A DNA stretch of 64,000 bases from Anaerolineae bacterium (GCA_041687115.1 JAWLCP010000001.1:22283-86282); one strand, 5' to 3'. Counted from the first letter of the stretch, positions 9,118 to 19,372 are shown. Numbers and translations: made by a program. The notes: generated from the sequence alone by a model not told the origin.

Positions 9118-9372
9118 ATGGCCCGTGGTATGGTTATCATCAGTGAGGATCGCTGCAAAGGGTGCGGTCTGTGCGTGAACGTCTGCCCCGTGGAGATCCT
9201 CCAGTTAGCAGAGGATCGATATAACGTCAAGGGTCACAACCCTGTCGAGGTGACTGATCCGGAGGAGTGTACGGGGTGCGCGATGTGCGCTACGATTTGC
9301 CCTGACGTGGTCTTCACCGTGTACCGCCGTAAGCGAAAGCGAAAGCGAGAGCGAGAGCGCGCTGTCGCATAG
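9118..9372 (+). CDS. korD: 2-oxoacid:ferredoxin oxidoreductase delta subunit (2x[4Fe-4S] ferredoxin)
   Basis: Two CxxCxxCxxxCP motifs (CKGCGLCVNVCP; CTGCAMCATICP). RBS GGGGAGG. It is the first gene of the kor operon. The C-terminal KRKRKRERER tail is encoded by a hexamer repeat. Confidence 0.75.
   Translation: MARGMVIISEDRCKGCGLCVNVCPVEILQLAEDRYNVKGHNPVEVTDPEECTGCAMCATICPDVVFTVYRRKRKRKRERERAVA
9331..9360 (+). repeat. (GCGARA)5 hexanucleotide tandem repeat at the 3' end of korD
   Basis: aagcga aagcga aagcga gagcga gagcgc encodes the KRKRKRERER tail. Confidence 0.7.
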
Positions 9373-9382
9373 GAGATAGATC

Positions 9383-10453
9383 ATGGCAAAGGAATTCTTG
9401 GAAGGAAACGAGGCGTTTGCTGAAGCAGCCGTCCGCGCGGGGTTGGAGGCCTTCTACGGCTATCCGATCACGCCGCAGAGCGAGGCCCTGGAGCACTTAT
9501 CGAAGCGTCTGCCGGAGCTGGGTCGCGCATTCCTCCAGGCTGAAAGTGAGGTCGCCGCGATCAATATGGTCTATGGCGCAGCCTGTGCAGGGGCTCGGGT
9601 CATGACATCTTCTTCAAGCCCGGGTATCAGCCTCATGCAGGAGGGCCTCTCCTACATCGCGTGCTCAGAGGTTCCGGCAGTCTTGGTCAACGTGATGCGC
9701 GGTGGCCCAGGGTTGGGAAACATTCAGCCATCGCAGGGCGACTACTTCCAGGCTGTGAAGATGGCGGGCCACGGTGATTTTCACATGATCGTTCTCGCCC
9801 CGGCCAACGTGCAGGAGCTGATCGATGACATGGTGCTGGCGTTCGACCTGGCCGAGAAGTATCGCACGATTACGATGGTTCTTGCCGACGGAGCGATCGG
9901 ACAGATGATGGAACCGGCGGAGTTGCCGCCGATGCGGCCAGTTCGGTCCCCCGAGGAGCGGGCTGATTGGGCACTGACCGGAGCTGATGGCCGGGATCCG
10001 AACACCATCACGTCGCTCTATCTGGGGGCTGAGAGTTTTGAGGAAGTCAACCTTCGACTGCAGAAGAAGCTGAGGGAGATCGCTGCCAGCGAGGTGCGCT
10101 GGAAGGAATACGACACCGAGGACGCCGACATCTTGCTGGTTGCCTTCGGCACGGTAGGACGCATCTGCCAGACGGTGGTGCGAGAGGCTCGGGACAAGGG
10201 GATAAGCGTCGGGTTGTTGCGCCCCATTACCCTGTGGCCATTCCCCAGTGCGCGCATCGCCGAGCTCGCTGAGCAGGTCCAGGGTGTCTTGACAGTCGAG
10301 ATGAACGCGGGGCAGATGGTGGACGATGTGCGTCTGGCTGTCGACGGCCGTTGTTCGGTCAAGTTCTACGGGCGAATGGGAGGAGTCATACCCCTGGCCG
10401 ATGAGATTCTTCCCGAGCTTGAGAAGCTAGCTACCGAGGGTAGAGGTGCCTAG
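9383..10453 (+). CDS. korA: 2-oxoacid:ferredoxin oxidoreductase alpha subunit
   Basis: N-terminus [34 protein letters not shown] is typical of KorA/PorA. Confidence 0.85.
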   Translation: MAKEFLEGNEAFAEAAVRAGLEAFYGYPITPQSEALEHLSKRLPELGRAFLQAESEVAAINMVYGAACAGARVMTSSSSPGISLMQEGLSYIACSEVPAVLVNVMRGGPGLGNIQPSQGDYFQAVKMAGHGDFHMIVLAPANVQELIDDMVLAFDLAEKYRTITMVLADGAIGQMMEPAELPPMRPVRSPEERADWALTGADGRDPNTITSLYLGAESFEEVNLRLQKKLREIAASEVRWKEYDTEDADILLVAFGTVGRICQTVVREARDKGISVGLLRPITLWPFPSARIAELAEQVQGVLTVEMNAGQMVDDVRLAVDGRCSVKFYGRMGGVIPLADEILPELEKLATEGRGA

Positions 10454-11252
10454 GAGGCGTGACATGGTGACTGTGGACATCCCTGAAGATATGGAGTTGG
10501 TTTACGGGTACCCGGAGAGTCTGACAGAGGCGGATACTCACTACTGCCCTGGCTGCACGCATGGGACGATCCACCGCCTGCTGGCGGAGGTCTTGGACGA
10601 ACTCGATGTGCGGGCCAGGACGATCGGCATCGCACCGGTGGGCTGCTCGGTCCTGGCGTACGAGTACTTCAACACGGATTTCGCAGAAGCGGCCCACGGG
10701 CGCGCACCAGCGATGGCCACCGGCATTAAGCGGGTTAGCCCGGACAAGGTGGTCTTCACCTATCAGGGTGATGGCGATCTGGCGGCCATTGGCACAGCGG
10801 AGATCGTTCACGCTGCCAACCGAGGCGAGTTGTTTACGACTATCTTCGTCAACAACGCGATCTATGGAATGACCGGTGGGCAGATGGCTCCCACGACCCT
10901 GCCCGGTCAGGTGACCACATCGTCGCCGACCGGCCGAGACGTGGCGCTGGCTGGGCATCCGATCCGGATGGCGGAGTTGATCGGAGGGCTGCCTGGATCT
11001 GCGTACGTCACTCGGCAAGCGGTCCTTGATGTGCCGGGAATTCGCCGCACCAAGCGGGCCATCAAGACCGCCTTCCGCGCTCAGCTGGAAGGAGTGGGCT
11101 TCTCTATGGTTGAGGTGCTGTCCACATGCAACACGAACTGGGGGATGTCGCCTCAGGATGCCCTCGATTGGGCGAAGGAGCATATGGTGGACTATTTCCC
11201 GCTGGGCGATACGAAGGTGAGCGAGGATGTCCGTGCGCTTATGGAGAGATAG
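10446..11252 (+). CDS. korB: 2-oxoacid:ferredoxin oxidoreductase beta subunit (TPP-binding)
   Basis: [14 protein letters not shown] ... GDGD...N TPP motif. Overlaps the korA stop. Confidence 0.85.
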   Translation: MPRRRDMVTVDIPEDMELVYGYPESLTEADTHYCPGCTHGTIHRLLAEVLDELDVRARTIGIAPVGCSVLAYEYFNTDFAEAAHGRAPAMATGIKRVSPDKVVFTYQGDGDLAAIGTAEIVHAANRGELFTTIFVNNAIYGMTGGQMAPTTLPGQVTTSSPTGRDVALAGHPIRMAELIGGLPGSAYVTRQAVLDVPGIRRTKRAIKTAFRAQLEGVGFSMVEVLSTCNTNWGMSPQDALDWAKEHMVDYFPLGDTKVSEDVRALMER

Positions 11253-11261
11253 GAGACGACA

Positions 11262-11804
11262 ATGCAAGAGGAAGTCATCATTTCTGGCTTCGGTGGACAA
11301 GGGTCACTCTTTGCCGGACAGTTGCTGGCTTACGCGGCGATGGATCAGGATCTTTACGTCACGTGGATTCCGTCGTACGGGCCGGAGATGCGGGGTGGGA
11401 AAGCTCGCTGTACAGTCGTCGTCTCCGATCAAGAGATCGGCGCGCCATTGGTGCGGCGGCCGAGTGCAGCCATCGTGCTAAACATTCCCTCGATGGAGGC
11501 GTTCGAGCCGGCGGTCAAACCCGATGGGGTGCTGGTCGTTAACAGCTCCATGATTCCCGACGAGAGTGAGCGGGAGGACATTGACGTCGTCTATGTGCCG
11601 GCAAGCGACTTGGCAACCGAAATCGGCAACGTGCGGATGGCGAATGTGATATGTCTGGGTGCCCTGGTGGAGGCAACTGGGGTGGTGTCTTTGGATGCCG
11701 TTGCCCAGGCTCTGGACGATCACCTACCAGAACGTCACCGGGATTTGCTCGATCTGAACAAGGAGGCGCTGCGCCGAGGAGCGGCGCTGGCTCGAGGCTC
11801 ATAG
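11262..11804 (+). CDS. korC: 2-oxoacid:ferredoxin oxidoreductase gamma subunit
   Basis: ISGFGGQGSLFAGQLLAYAAM is the Por/Kor gamma family signature. A terminator follows at 11944-11980. Confidence 0.8.
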   Translation: MQEEVIISGFGGQGSLFAGQLLAYAAMDQDLYVTWIPSYGPEMRGGKARCTVVVSDQEIGAPLVRRPSAAIVLNIPSMEAFEPAVKPDGVLVVNSSMIPDESEREDIDVVYVPASDLATEIGNVRMANVICLGALVEATGVVSLDAVAQALDDHLPERHRDLLDLNKEALRRGAALARGS

Positions 11805-11943
11805 TCGGCGGTCTGTGGTTCTCCCTCAGCCTCCACAACGCCGCAGCGCCGTGCACCGTCTCGGCGAATCGGGGCATGAGGAGGGCAGAGGGTTCGAGAG
11901 ACCTCTTGTGGGTTCTGATCGACTGACAAATGGCAGAGAAGAG

Positions 11944-11980
11944 CGTGGGGCGAGTTGGCGCCCCACGTTCTTGTTTGCTG
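11944..11980 (+). terminator. Intrinsic terminator after korC
   Basis: 9-bp GC-rich stem (CGUGGGGCG/CGCCCCACG), 6-nt loop, then UUCUUGUUUGCU. Confidence 0.5.
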
Positions 11981-12044
11981 CTGTGGGGGCTGATCTCCCG
12001 GATTGACCGAGGGCGACAGGAGAGAACGCCGAACGCTCAGTCCA

Positions 12045-12073
12045 CTTGCCAAGCAGCATAGAAAGGGGTATAA
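12045..12073 (+). promoter_or_regulatory. fur promoter TTGCCA-17-TATAAT
   Basis: Exact spacing. ATG of fur lies 58 nt downstream. Confidence 0.5.
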
Positions 12074-12130
12074 TTTCTGAACTTGAGAATCGTTCGCAAT
12101 AAGCTGCCTGACACGGGGCAACCGGCGGAA

Positions 12131-12556
12131 ATGAGCGAGTCAAAGGATAGCCTCCAGGAGATTTTCCAGCAGGCTGGTCGGCGCCTGACATCCCAGCGAC
12201 GACTTGTCCTGGATGTGCTCAAGGGATGCGATGACCATCTGGAAGCGGATGCCATCCACGACCGAGCGAAGAGCCGTGCTCCCGGCCTGAGCCTGGCGAC
12301 GGTGTATCGTACGCTTGCTCTTCTGAAGGAGATGGGATTGGTCGAGGAACATCGGCTCGGTGAGGGCCATAAGCACTACGAGGCAGTGCAAGAAGAGCCA
12401 CACTACCATTTCACGTGTCGGCGTTGTGGAAAAGTGATAGAGTTTGACACCCCCTTGGTTGCCAAGGTCAAACGTGAGTTGTCGGAAAGGGAAGGTGTTC
12501 AGATCACGAAGTCTCATCTCCATCTCATCGGTTACTGCAAGGATTGTCAACAGTGA
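12131..12556 (+). CDS. fur: Fur-family metalloregulator
   Basis: RLTSQRRLVLDVL winged helix and the C-terminal HxH...CxxC...CxxC metal site (HYHFTCRRCGKV...CKDCQ). Start ATG at 12131 sits behind the TTGCCA-17-TATAAT promoter. Confidence 0.8.
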   Translation: MSESKDSLQEIFQQAGRRLTSQRRLVLDVLKGCDDHLEADAIHDRAKSRAPGLSLATVYRTLALLKEMGLVEEHRLGEGHKHYEAVQEEPHYHFTCRRCGKVIEFDTPLVAKVKRELSEREGVQITKSHLHLIGYCKDCQQ

Positions 12557-12638
12557 GGAGGCACGCGAGCGCTCTTTCGAGCCTCAAGGCTTCGAATTTG
12601 CTCTTGAAGCGGCTTACCCAGGAGGATAGCACAACGTA

Positions 12639-12920
12639 ATGGAAGGCGAGTTCGGAAAGCACCGGGCGTCAACGTCGTCCGGTTCAGACAACGAGGTTGT
12701 GTCATTGAGCGCTCTGCGCGCAGGCGAGCACGGCGAAGTCGTGGAGCTGGCTGGTGGTCGTGGGATGTTGAGTCGGATGAGTGCACTGGGCTTCACGCCG
12801 GGAGCGGATGTGACCGTTGTCCAGAACTACGGTCGGGGGCCGCTCATCGCTCGTGTGCGCGATGCTCGCATCGCTTTGGGTCGCGGCGAAGCCAGGCGCG
12901 TCTACGTCCGCCGGAGATGA
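12639..12920 (+). CDS. feoA: FeoA-domain protein
   Basis: FeoA SH3-like domain (LSALRAGEHGEVVEL...). Its stop overlaps the feoB start. Confidence 0.75.
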   Translation: MEGEFGKHRASTSSGSDNEVVSLSALRAGEHGEVVELAGGRGMLSRMSALGFTPGADVTVVQNYGRGPLIARVRDARIALGRGEARRVYVRRR

Positions 12921-14965
12921 ACGTGAATCCTCAATCCACACAATCGGTCCGCGATAGCGTGGTCGGGACGGTAGCGTCGGAAGAAAAGAACGCGCTGGTG
13001 GCCCTGGCCGGCCAACCGAACGTGGGCAAATCGACACTCTTCAACCTTCTGACTGGCCTCAATCAGCATGTGGGCAATTGGCCTGGGAAGACCGTCGAGC
13101 GGAAAGAGGGCGCCTTTGCCTATGGTGGCGCCAGCTATCGAGTGGTCGATCTGCCGGGGACGTACAGCCTGACTGCCAACTCCGCTGAGGAGGTTATCGC
13201 GCGCGAGTTCATTATCCGGGAGCGCCCGGATGTGGTCCTCGCCTTGGTGGATGCCGCCATCCTGGAACGCAGCCTCTACTTGGTAGCCGAGCTCATCTCA
13301 CTTCCTGCTCCGGTGATCGTGGCGTTGAATATGATGGATGTGGCCAAGCAGGAGGGCGTGGAGATCGAGCCCGAGGTGCTCGAGGCGGCTCTTGGAATCC
13401 CCGTCGTGCCCATGGTTGCCACCCAGAATCGCGGGATAGAGGAACTGCTGCAGACCGTCGAGGAGGTCACGCAGGGCGAATACGACTACAAGCCGACGCC
13501 CCCTCGCATTCGAGAGGATCACAGGGATGTCTTAAGGGCGGTCGAGGAGGTGATCGAGGGCTGCGTGCCAGATCCCTACCCGCAGGACTGGGTGGCGCTG
13601 AAGCTTCTGGAGGGCGATCAGAAGATCACCGATATGATGAACGGGTGCCTGACCGTAGAGCGTCAGCGTGCGCTCCAAGACCTTCTGCGAGAGCACGATG
13701 ATGCCCTGGTCGCCGTTGCCAGTGGTCGCTACGAATGGATCGGCCGAATGACTCGCGCGGCGTTGACGCGTCCTAGGACAGGCCGAATCAGCCTGACAGA
13801 ACGGATGGATCGGTGGGCTACGCACCCCCTCTGGGGACTCGTGATCTTGGCCGGGATTCTCGGGTTGGTATTCTGGCTCACCTACGCCGTGGGTGCTCCC
13901 CTGCAGGAGCTTCTCGACACCTACGTGGTGAGCGGGCTGGCGGACTTGGTTCGTGCGGCGCTGGCCGGGGCCCCACCTTGGGTTGCTGACTTGGCGGCAG
14001 ATGGTGTCATCGGGGGAGCTGGCGCGATGCTTACCTTTCTGCCGATCCTGGTGGTCTTCTTCGCTGCAATGGCCATCCTGGAGGACGTCGGCTACTTGGC
14101 GCGGGCAGCTTACGTAATGGATCGTTTTATGCACCTCATGGGCCTTCACGGCAAGTCGTTCTTGCCTCTGTTCCTTGGTCTCGGCTGCAACGTGCCCGCC
14201 GTGCTGGGTACTCGAGTGATTGAGTCTGAGCGTGCTCGCTTGCTGACGATCCTTCTGGCTCCGTTGGTCCCGTGCACAGCTCGGATGACCGTCATTGCCT
14301 TTCTGGCGCCCGCTTTCTTCGGTTCCGCGGCCACCTTGGTATCCTGGGGCATGATCTTGTTGGCGCTGACCGTGCTGGCTGTCTCCGGGGTACTTATCAA
14401 TAGAACCCTTTTCCACGGGGAGCGGACAGCGTTCATTATGGAGCTCCCCCTCTACCATCTTCCGAACAGGCGCACCATCGCGCTGCGAGTATGGCAGCGC
14501 AGCATGTCGTTTGTGCGGAAGGCTGGGACGTTGATCTTGGCTGTCTCTGTGGTCGTCTGGGCCCTCTCAACGCTGCCGGGCGGTGACATCGAGACCAGCT
14601 TCCTTGCTCGCATTGGACAGTTCTTTGAGCCTCTGGGTCGACTGATGGGTTTCGACTGGCGGCTGACGGTGGCGTTACTGACTGGCTTCATCGCAAAGGA
14701 GAACTCCATCGCCACTCTGGGGGTCCTGTTCGGCACCGGCGAGGGCGCAGGTCTGGCCGCGATGTTGGCCGCATCGTTCTCTGCTGCCACAGCCCTCGCC
14801 TTCCTGACAGTGCAGATGCTCTTCATCCCCTGCGTGGCCACTATCGCCGTCATCCGACAGGAGAGCTCCTGGAAGTGGGCCCTCTTTGATCTGGCCTTCC
14901 TCTTGGTCGTGTCCTTGGTTGCGGGGACGGCGGTGTATTGGATTTCGCACCTGCTTGGGTTGTAG
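12917..14965 (+). CDS. feoB: Ferrous iron transporter FeoB
   Basis: G-domain ALAGQPNVGKSTLFN, DLPGTYSL, and the large C-terminal polytopic gate domain. Confidence 0.9.
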   Translation: MNVNPQSTQSVRDSVVGTVASEEKNALVALAGQPNVGKSTLFNLLTGLNQHVGNWPGKTVERKEGAFAYGGASYRVVDLPGTYSLTANSAEEVIAREFIIRERPDVVLALVDAAILERSLYLVAELISLPAPVIVALNMMDVAKQEGVEIEPEVLEAALGIPVVPMVATQNRGIEELLQTVEEVTQGEYDYKPTPPRIREDHRDVLRAVEEVIEGCVPDPYPQDWVALKLLEGDQKITDMMNGCLTVERQRALQDLLREHDDALVAVASGRYEWIGRMTRAALTRPRTGRISLTERMDRWATHPLWGLVILAGILGLVFWLTYAVGAPLQELLDTYVVSGLADLVRAALAGAPPWVADLAADGVIGGAGAMLTFLPILVVFFAAMAILEDVGYLARAAYVMDRFMHLMGLHGKSFLPLFLGLGCNVPAVLGTRVIESERARLLTILLAPLVPCTARMTVIAFLAPAFFGSAATLVSWGMILLALTVLAVSGVLINRTLFHGERTAFIMELPLYHLPNRRTIALRVWQRSMSFVRKAGTLILAVSVVVWALSTLPGGDIETSFLARIGQFFEPLGRLMGFDWRLTVALLTGFIAKENSIATLGVLFGTGEGAGLAAMLAASFSAATALAFLTVQMLFIPCVATIAVIRQESSWKWALFDLAFLLVVSLVAGTAVYWISHLLGL

Positions 14966-15037
14966 ACCAGGAAGAAGCGCAGTTCGGAGGTTCAGGCTGC
15001 GCTTCTTGCACGGGGGCTCACGTCCAGGGGAGATGGT

Positions 15038-16219
15038 ATGCGTAAAGTAGAGTGGCTCTTCATCGCTGGCTTGGCTGTCCTGGTTCTTTTGGCTGTGGCA
15101 ATCGTGGTGGCTGGCCCTCAGATTGGTCGACGCTCTCCCTCCACTGAACAACCTCTCGAACCCGGTGAGACAGAGACAATGCCTGCCCAGGTCGTCGAGG
15201 TGCTGGAGGAAGGGGTCGTCGAGTTGGGCGAGGGTAGCACGCAGCCGTACCAACGCCTGGTGGTGCGGGTCGAGACAGGCTCGATGGCCGGTCGAGAAGT
15301 TGTGGTCGAGGAAGGAGCGACGAACATCATTGGCCAGGAGCGGCGGTTTGAGCCTGGTGATCGTGTCTTCTTGGAGCGGGCGGCTGGCCTGGAAGAGGAT
15401 CGTTTCTATATCTCCGATGTGATGCGACTCGGTCCGCTCCTATTCATGGTCTTGGTATTCGTGGTGCTGGTGGTAGCTGTGGGGCGGTGGAAGGGCGTGC
15501 GGTCGCTCGGCGGCACGCTGTTCAGTCTGGTGGTTATCTTCACCTTCATCCTGCCTCAGATCGTGGCCGGGCGAGATCCTGTCGCGGTGAGTATCCTCGG
15601 GTCCATTGTGTTGCTCTCTGTCTCGACCTATCTGACCTATGGGGTGAACCTTAAGGCGCACGCAGCGGTAGCAGGTATGGCCTTAAGCTTGACGTTGACT
15701 GGCGGATTGGCCTGGCTGTTCGTTGGCTGGGCGCGCTTGACGGGCATGGGCATGGAGGAGAGCTCTTTCCTGGTGATGGAGTTTGGCTCCGATATTGACC
15801 TGCGCGGCCTCGTATTGGGGGGGATCATCATCGGTTCTCTGGGCGTTCTGGACGATATCTGCGTTGGACAGGCGTCTGCGGTCTTTGAGTTGATGGGTGC
15901 CAATCGGGAGTTGGGTTGGCTTGAGCTCTTCCGCAGGAGCCTGAATATCGGCACGGATCATATCGCGGCGATGGTCAATACTCTGCTTCTGGCCTACGTC
16001 GGCGGGGGAATGCCCCTCATGCTGGCGTTCATTATCTATCAGGAACCTCTGTTCCGCCGGATCAACCGAGAGCCCATCGCTGAGGAGATTGTGCGTACTC
16101 TCGCCGGCAGCTCTGGATTGGTGCTGGCAGTCCCGATAACCGGTCTCATTGCCAGTGCCCTGGCTCGCTGGTCCGCCCAGCGCCAGCGGGCGAAAGGGCA
16201 AGAAGAACGTGCTGAATAG
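15038..16219 (+). CDS. YibE/F-family integral membrane protein
   Basis: N-terminal signal anchor, an extracytoplasmic beta-rich segment, then ~7 TM helices with a GVLDDICVGQASAVFEL-like motif. Sits between feoB and feoC. Confidence 0.5.
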   Translation: MRKVEWLFIAGLAVLVLLAVAIVVAGPQIGRRSPSTEQPLEPGETETMPAQVVEVLEEGVVELGEGSTQPYQRLVVRVETGSMAGREVVVEEGATNIIGQERRFEPGDRVFLERAAGLEEDRFYISDVMRLGPLLFMVLVFVVLVVAVGRWKGVRSLGGTLFSLVVIFTFILPQIVAGRDPVAVSILGSIVLLSVSTYLTYGVNLKAHAAVAGMALSLTLTGGLAWLFVGWARLTGMGMEESSFLVMEFGSDIDLRGLVLGGIIIGSLGVLDDICVGQASAVFELMGANRELGWLELFRRSLNIGTDHIAAMVNTLLLAYVGGGMPLMLAFIIYQEPLFRRINREPIAEEIVRTLAGSSGLVLAVPITGLIASALARWSAQRQRAKGQEERAE

Positions 16220-16475
16220 GCTGCTGGAGCTGTTGCGGAGAGGCGGGGCTCGCCGGGTAGAGGAACTGGCGCGTGAGCTAGATACGACACCACAGCTTGT
16301 CGTGGCGATGTTGGAGGATCTGGCTCGCATGGGCTACTTGAAGCGCTTGAGCGCGCAGTGCTCGGAAGCCTGCGCTGAATGTCCCATGTCCAATATGTGC
16401 GCGGCCGGAGGGTCCTCATCGGGACCGAGCCACGGCGAGATCTGGGTGCTCCAGGACCGGCATGAAGCGGAGTAG
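16209..16475 (+). CDS. feoC: FeoC-like winged-helix regulator with Cys-rich Fe-S motif
   Basis: LNRLLELLRRGGARRVEELARELDTTPQLVVAMLEDLARMGYL wHTH followed by CSEACAECPMSNMC. The ORF is open from 16149; the probable GTG start at 16209 overlaps the YibE/F stop. Confidence 0.55.
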   Translation: MLNRLLELLRRGGARRVEELARELDTTPQLVVAMLEDLARMGYLKRLSAQCSEACAECPMSNMCAAGGSSSGPSHGEIWVLQDRHEAE

Positions 16476-16824
16476 GACAGTCGGACGGATGGGTATGGGC
16501 TTGCTCATGCGCGCTCTTGACCGGCGGGGGCGTGCTCAGCTCAGTGTAAGAGCTTCTTGTCGGCGGTGAACTGGCAGGGGTGCGATCACAGGGTCTCCAG
16601 TTGGTGTTGCACCGCTGGAACTCCCTGCCGGCCTTGAACTGAAGACTTGGCCTTCATACATGGGACTTGTTCGCGTCTCCCGTCGTAATGGCTCGTTCCT
16701 CTTGTCTTCCCTGGACCCCTGATCTAAGCGGGCCTGGCCCACATCACACCCCTCATGCGCTAGATAATTCCGGCCTCTCTGAGCGATGAGGTCGTCACAC
16801 TCTTAGAATATGCCGGTTCGGTGA

Positions 16825-16853
16825 TTGACCACTGATTGTATGAGTGATATACT
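16825..16853 (+). promoter_or_regulatory. ald promoter TTGACC-17-TATACT
   Basis: Exact spacing, ~80 nt upstream of the ald RBS. Confidence 0.45.
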
Positions 16854-16934
16854 CGTGCTGTCCACTGAGCTTCTCAGCCCTGCGGGAGGGAGAACTGCGT
16901 TGCGGATCCGCGAGCTAACAGGAGGAAATCTGAG

Positions 16935-18038
16935 ATGAACGTTGGTATTCCGAAGGAGCGGAGGGACCTGGAGCAGCGGGTAGGTTTGACGCCTTACGGG
17001 GTTGATCTACTGACTCGCGCTGGTCATATCTGCTACATTGAGACAGAGGCTGGAATCGGGGCTGGGTTCACGAATTATCATTACGAGCGCGTGGGGGGAC
17101 ACATCGTCTACTCCGGTGAGGAGGTGTATGGTCGATCTGACCTGGTGCTCAAGGCGGTGCGCCCTACCGAGGAAGAGCTGGACTGGCTTCGCGAGGGGCA
17201 GATCATCGCTGGCTTCTTGCACCTGGCAGCTGCTCGTCGCGGCAAGATCGAGACGTTTCTGGAGAAGAACATCACCGCCATTGCCTATGAGACCATCGAG
17301 AAGAACGATGGGGTGCTGCCGGTGTTGCGTACGATGAGCGAGGTGGCCGGGCGCATGGCGCCGCAGCTGGCTGCGACCCTTCTGCAGAGCAGCTACGGCG
17401 GACGTGGCGTGCTTCTCAGCGGCGTGCCTGGCATCCCGCCGACCAGTGTAGGGATCCTGGGTGCTGGCGTGCTGGGCACCAATGCGGCCCGTACGTTCTT
17501 GGGGTTGGGAGCGCGAGTGCACGTTCTCGACCGTGATCAGGAGAGGCTCCGCCAGGTCGATGAGCAATTCGAGGGCCGTGCCACGACGATGGTCTCCTAC
17601 CCGTTTAACATCGCCCGGGTCGCGCGGTTCGCTGAGGTGCTGGTGGGCGCGGTTCTCGTGCCTGGAGCTCGGGCTCCGATTATCGTCACGCGGGACATGG
17701 TGCGTTCAATGAAGAGCGGTTCCGTCATCTTGGACTTCAGCATTGACCAAGGCGGCTGTGTGGAGACAAGTCGCCCGACCACGCTTCGGGACCCTGTCTT
17801 CGTTGAGGAGGATGTCGTTCACTTCTGCGTCCCCAACGTACCCGGGGCAGTGCCCCGCACGGCGACACATGCGTTTAACAACGCAATCTGGCCCTACGTT
17901 CGGCGCATCGCTGAGGTTGGACTGGAGCAGGCAGCTCGAGAGAAGCCAGGTCTAGCTCGTGGAATTGTCATCCAGGAGGGCGAGATCGTGAATGAGAGCC
18001 TGGCGGCGGCCTACTATGCTGGTGAGGGGGAGGGATAA
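16935..18038 (+). CDS. ald: Alanine dehydrogenase
   Basis: Collinear with Ald throughout (MNVGIPKE..RVGLTP; VLLSGVPGIPPTSVGILGAGVLGTNAA Rossmann; PGAVPRTAT). RBS AGGAGG. Confidence 0.8.
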   Translation: MNVGIPKERRDLEQRVGLTPYGVDLLTRAGHICYIETEAGIGAGFTNYHYERVGGHIVYSGEEVYGRSDLVLKAVRPTEEELDWLREGQIIAGFLHLAAARRGKIETFLEKNITAIAYETIEKNDGVLPVLRTMSEVAGRMAPQLAATLLQSSYGGRGVLLSGVPGIPPTSVGILGAGVLGTNAARTFLGLGARVHVLDRDQERLRQVDEQFEGRATTMVSYPFNIARVARFAEVLVGAVLVPGARAPIIVTRDMVRSMKSGSVILDFSIDQGGCVETSRPTTLRDPVFVEEDVVHFCVPNVPGAVPRTATHAFNNAIWPYVRRIAEVGLEQAAREKPGLARGIVIQEGEIVNESLAAAYYAGEGEG

Positions 18039-19342
18039 TGAGCTGGATGGACGCGTACGAGAGTCGTGTCACGACCGCCGAAGAGGCCATAGCTGAGGCT
18101 GTCGAGTCAGGCGATCGGATCTTCCTCACTGGGAACTGCAGCGTCCCGCAGCGACTGATGGAGGCTCTGGTTGAGCGGGCGCCTGAGTTGAGGGATGTCG
18201 AGATCTGCCACGCGCTGACTCTTGGCTCGGATGACTACGTAGCGCCGGAGATGGAAGGCCATATCCGGGCTAACTCCCTCTTCATCGGCCCGAACGTGCG
18301 CGAGGCTGTGCAACAGGGACGGGCCGATTTCACGCCTGTGCTTCTTCAGGAGTTCACGCTGCTTTTCAAGGAGCGGATTCTGCCGCTGGACGTGGCCTTC
18401 GTTCATCTCTCCCCGCCTGATGAGCATGGCTTCTGCTCCTACGGCATAGAGACCGGCCTGACCAAGTCACCCGCTGAGGCCGCTGACGTCATAGTCGCTG
18501 AGCTCAACGAGAATATGCCGCGTTGTCTGGGTGATTCCTTCATCCACGTCAGTCGCCTGGACCACATCGTGCCCGTGGACTATCCTCTACTGGAGCTGCC
18601 GATGTCCGAGGACGGCCTTTCGGATGTACACAACAAGATCGGTGAGCATATCGCGGAGTTGATTCCAGATGGAGCAACGATGCAGATGGGCATCGGCGCC
18701 ATCCCAGATGCCGTGCTCAAGTTTCTGCATGACAAGCGTGATCTAGGCGTCCATACGGAGCTGTTCTCGGATAGCGTGATCGATCTTGTCGAGGCAGGCG
18801 TCCTGACGAACGCGCGCAAGACGTTGCACCCGGGAAAGATTACGGCTGGCTTCATGATTGGAACTCACCGGCTCTATGAGTGGGCCCACGACAATCCTCT
18901 CATTGAGCTCCATCGCACCGAGTATGTCAACGATCCCTTCGTCATTGCCCAGAATGATCATCAAGTGGCGATCAACTCAGCCATCGAAGTGGACCTGACT
19001 GGGCAGGTATGTGCTGATTCCATCGGCCCCAAGCTCTACAGTGGCGTGGGCGGGCAACTGGACTTCATCTATGGTGCGTCACGCTCTGATGGTGGGGTGC
19101 CCATCATTGCCATGCCTGCCACTGTCAAGGGGAGGGGTATCAGCCGGATTGTGCCCATGCTCAAGCGGGGCGCCGGTGTGGTGACGACCCGCTACCACGT
19201 TCACTATGTGGTGACAGAGTACGGCGTGGCTGACTTGTATGGCAAGACGATCCGACAACGGGCAAAGGCGCTGATCAATATCGCCGCGCCTGAGTATCGA
19301 GATGAATTAACACGAGCTGCAAAGGAGTTGAGGTACATCTAG
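18038..19342 (+). CDS. Acetyl-CoA hydrolase/transferase family protein (4-hydroxybutyrate/succinyl-CoA:acetate CoA-transferase-like)
   Basis: N- and C-terminal AcetylCoA_hydro domains. Start overlaps the ald stop. Confidence 0.75.
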   Translation: MSWMDAYESRVTTAEEAIAEAVESGDRIFLTGNCSVPQRLMEALVERAPELRDVEICHALTLGSDDYVAPEMEGHIRANSLFIGPNVREAVQQGRADFTPVLLQEFTLLFKERILPLDVAFVHLSPPDEHGFCSYGIETGLTKSPAEAADVIVAELNENMPRCLGDSFIHVSRLDHIVPVDYPLLELPMSEDGLSDVHNKIGEHIAELIPDGATMQMGIGAIPDAVLKFLHDKRDLGVHTELFSDSVIDLVEAGVLTNARKTLHPGKITAGFMIGTHRLYEWAHDNPLIELHRTEYVNDPFVIAQNDHQVAINSAIEVDLTGQVCADSIGPKLYSGVGGQLDFIYGASRSDGGVPIIAMPATVKGRGISRIVPMLKRGAGVVTTRYHVHYVVTEYGVADLYGKTIRQRAKALINIAAPEYRDELTRAAKELRYI

Positions 19343-19372
19343 GTGCGGAGAGCCTGACGGGCGTAGAAGCCG

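Noticed and set aside
12074-12100. Possible Fur box (GAGAATCGTTCGCAATAAG) just downstream of the fur -10
   Set aside because: It only partly resembles GATAAT hexamers and lacks the 7-1-7 inverted-repeat symmetry. It is insufficient to call an operator.
13532-14458. 308-aa ORF antisense to feoB, and similar antisense ORFs at 14675-15253 and 15683-16330
   Set aside because: They overlap well-supported genes on the opposite strand. Their low-complexity His/Gln/Arg-rich sequence is a GC-rich reading-frame artefact.
16536-16742. 68-aa ORF in the feoC-ald intergenic region
   Set aside because: Minus-strand ORF with no RBS and a poor start context. The region is better explained as the ald promoter and leader.
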